DNA of 64,000 bases, taken from IMG/VR virus record IMGVR_UViG_3300007513_000003; one strand, 5' to 3'. The number at the start of each line of letters is the position of its first letter. Position 1 is the stretch's first letter. The DNA comes from a virus. Taxonomy: Duplodnaviria; Caudoviricetes. The notes below the pieces were generated by a model. It ran no database searches. It was not told the origin of the DNA and saw only the letters and a list, made by a program, of their open reading frames with translations. Below are positions 64,000 through 64,000 of this stretch, piece after piece. The position numbers and the translations under genes were made by a program.

Positions 64000-64000
64000 T

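Noticed and set aside
1-64000. CRISPR array, tRNA, tmRNA or rRNA genes
   Set aside because: No repeat-unique spacer array and no T-loop/cloverleaf pattern was seen in any intergenic gap. The tandem repeats found lie inside CDS or promoters and lack unique spacers.
1-64000. Genome-wide stop-codon reassignment, as seen in some large phages
   Set aside because: Genes tile densely in code 11, and TAA, TGA and TAG (e.g. 15162, 39101) all end genes normally. The single internal TAA at 59929 is isolated.

Overview
This window is a 64-kb, AT-rich, mostly minus-strand segment of a large lytic myovirus (jumbo-type tailed phage). It is not a cellular chromosome. It carries a T4-like replication/recombination set (gp41 helicase, primase, gp32 SSB, UvsX, UvsY, UvsW, probable clamp-loader pieces), terminase large and small subunits, a PAAR spike, tail and virion proteins, a class II (B12) ribonucleotide reductase, and host-type auxiliary genes (ribosomal protein bS21, Hsp20 with a ROSE-like leader, an anticodon-less class II aaRS paralog, a MotA/ExbB-type pair, a CDF transporter, an amidinotransferase). 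It also has six radical SAM ORFs plus methyltransferase and SGNH-like genes. No tRNA, rRNA, CRISPR array, integrase or transposase was seen. The most notable observations are: (1) a 189-aa miniature DnaE that keeps all C-family catalytic motifs; (2) a late promoter NTAAATA placed 4-7 nt before the ATG of at least 12 genes, implying leaderless late mRNAs in a phage that encodes its own bS21; (3) about 19 unrelated proteins sharing a T4-type capsid-targeting leader, including ligase-like, GNAT, lysozyme and nuclease-like cargo; (4) AGGC-repeat 5' leaders; and (5) several hidden remnants, such as a NUMOD3 stub and a small gene split by one TAA. All protein calls come from motif recognition by eye, and no database search was run. 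Several starts were moved from the ORF track using RBS or promoter evidence.
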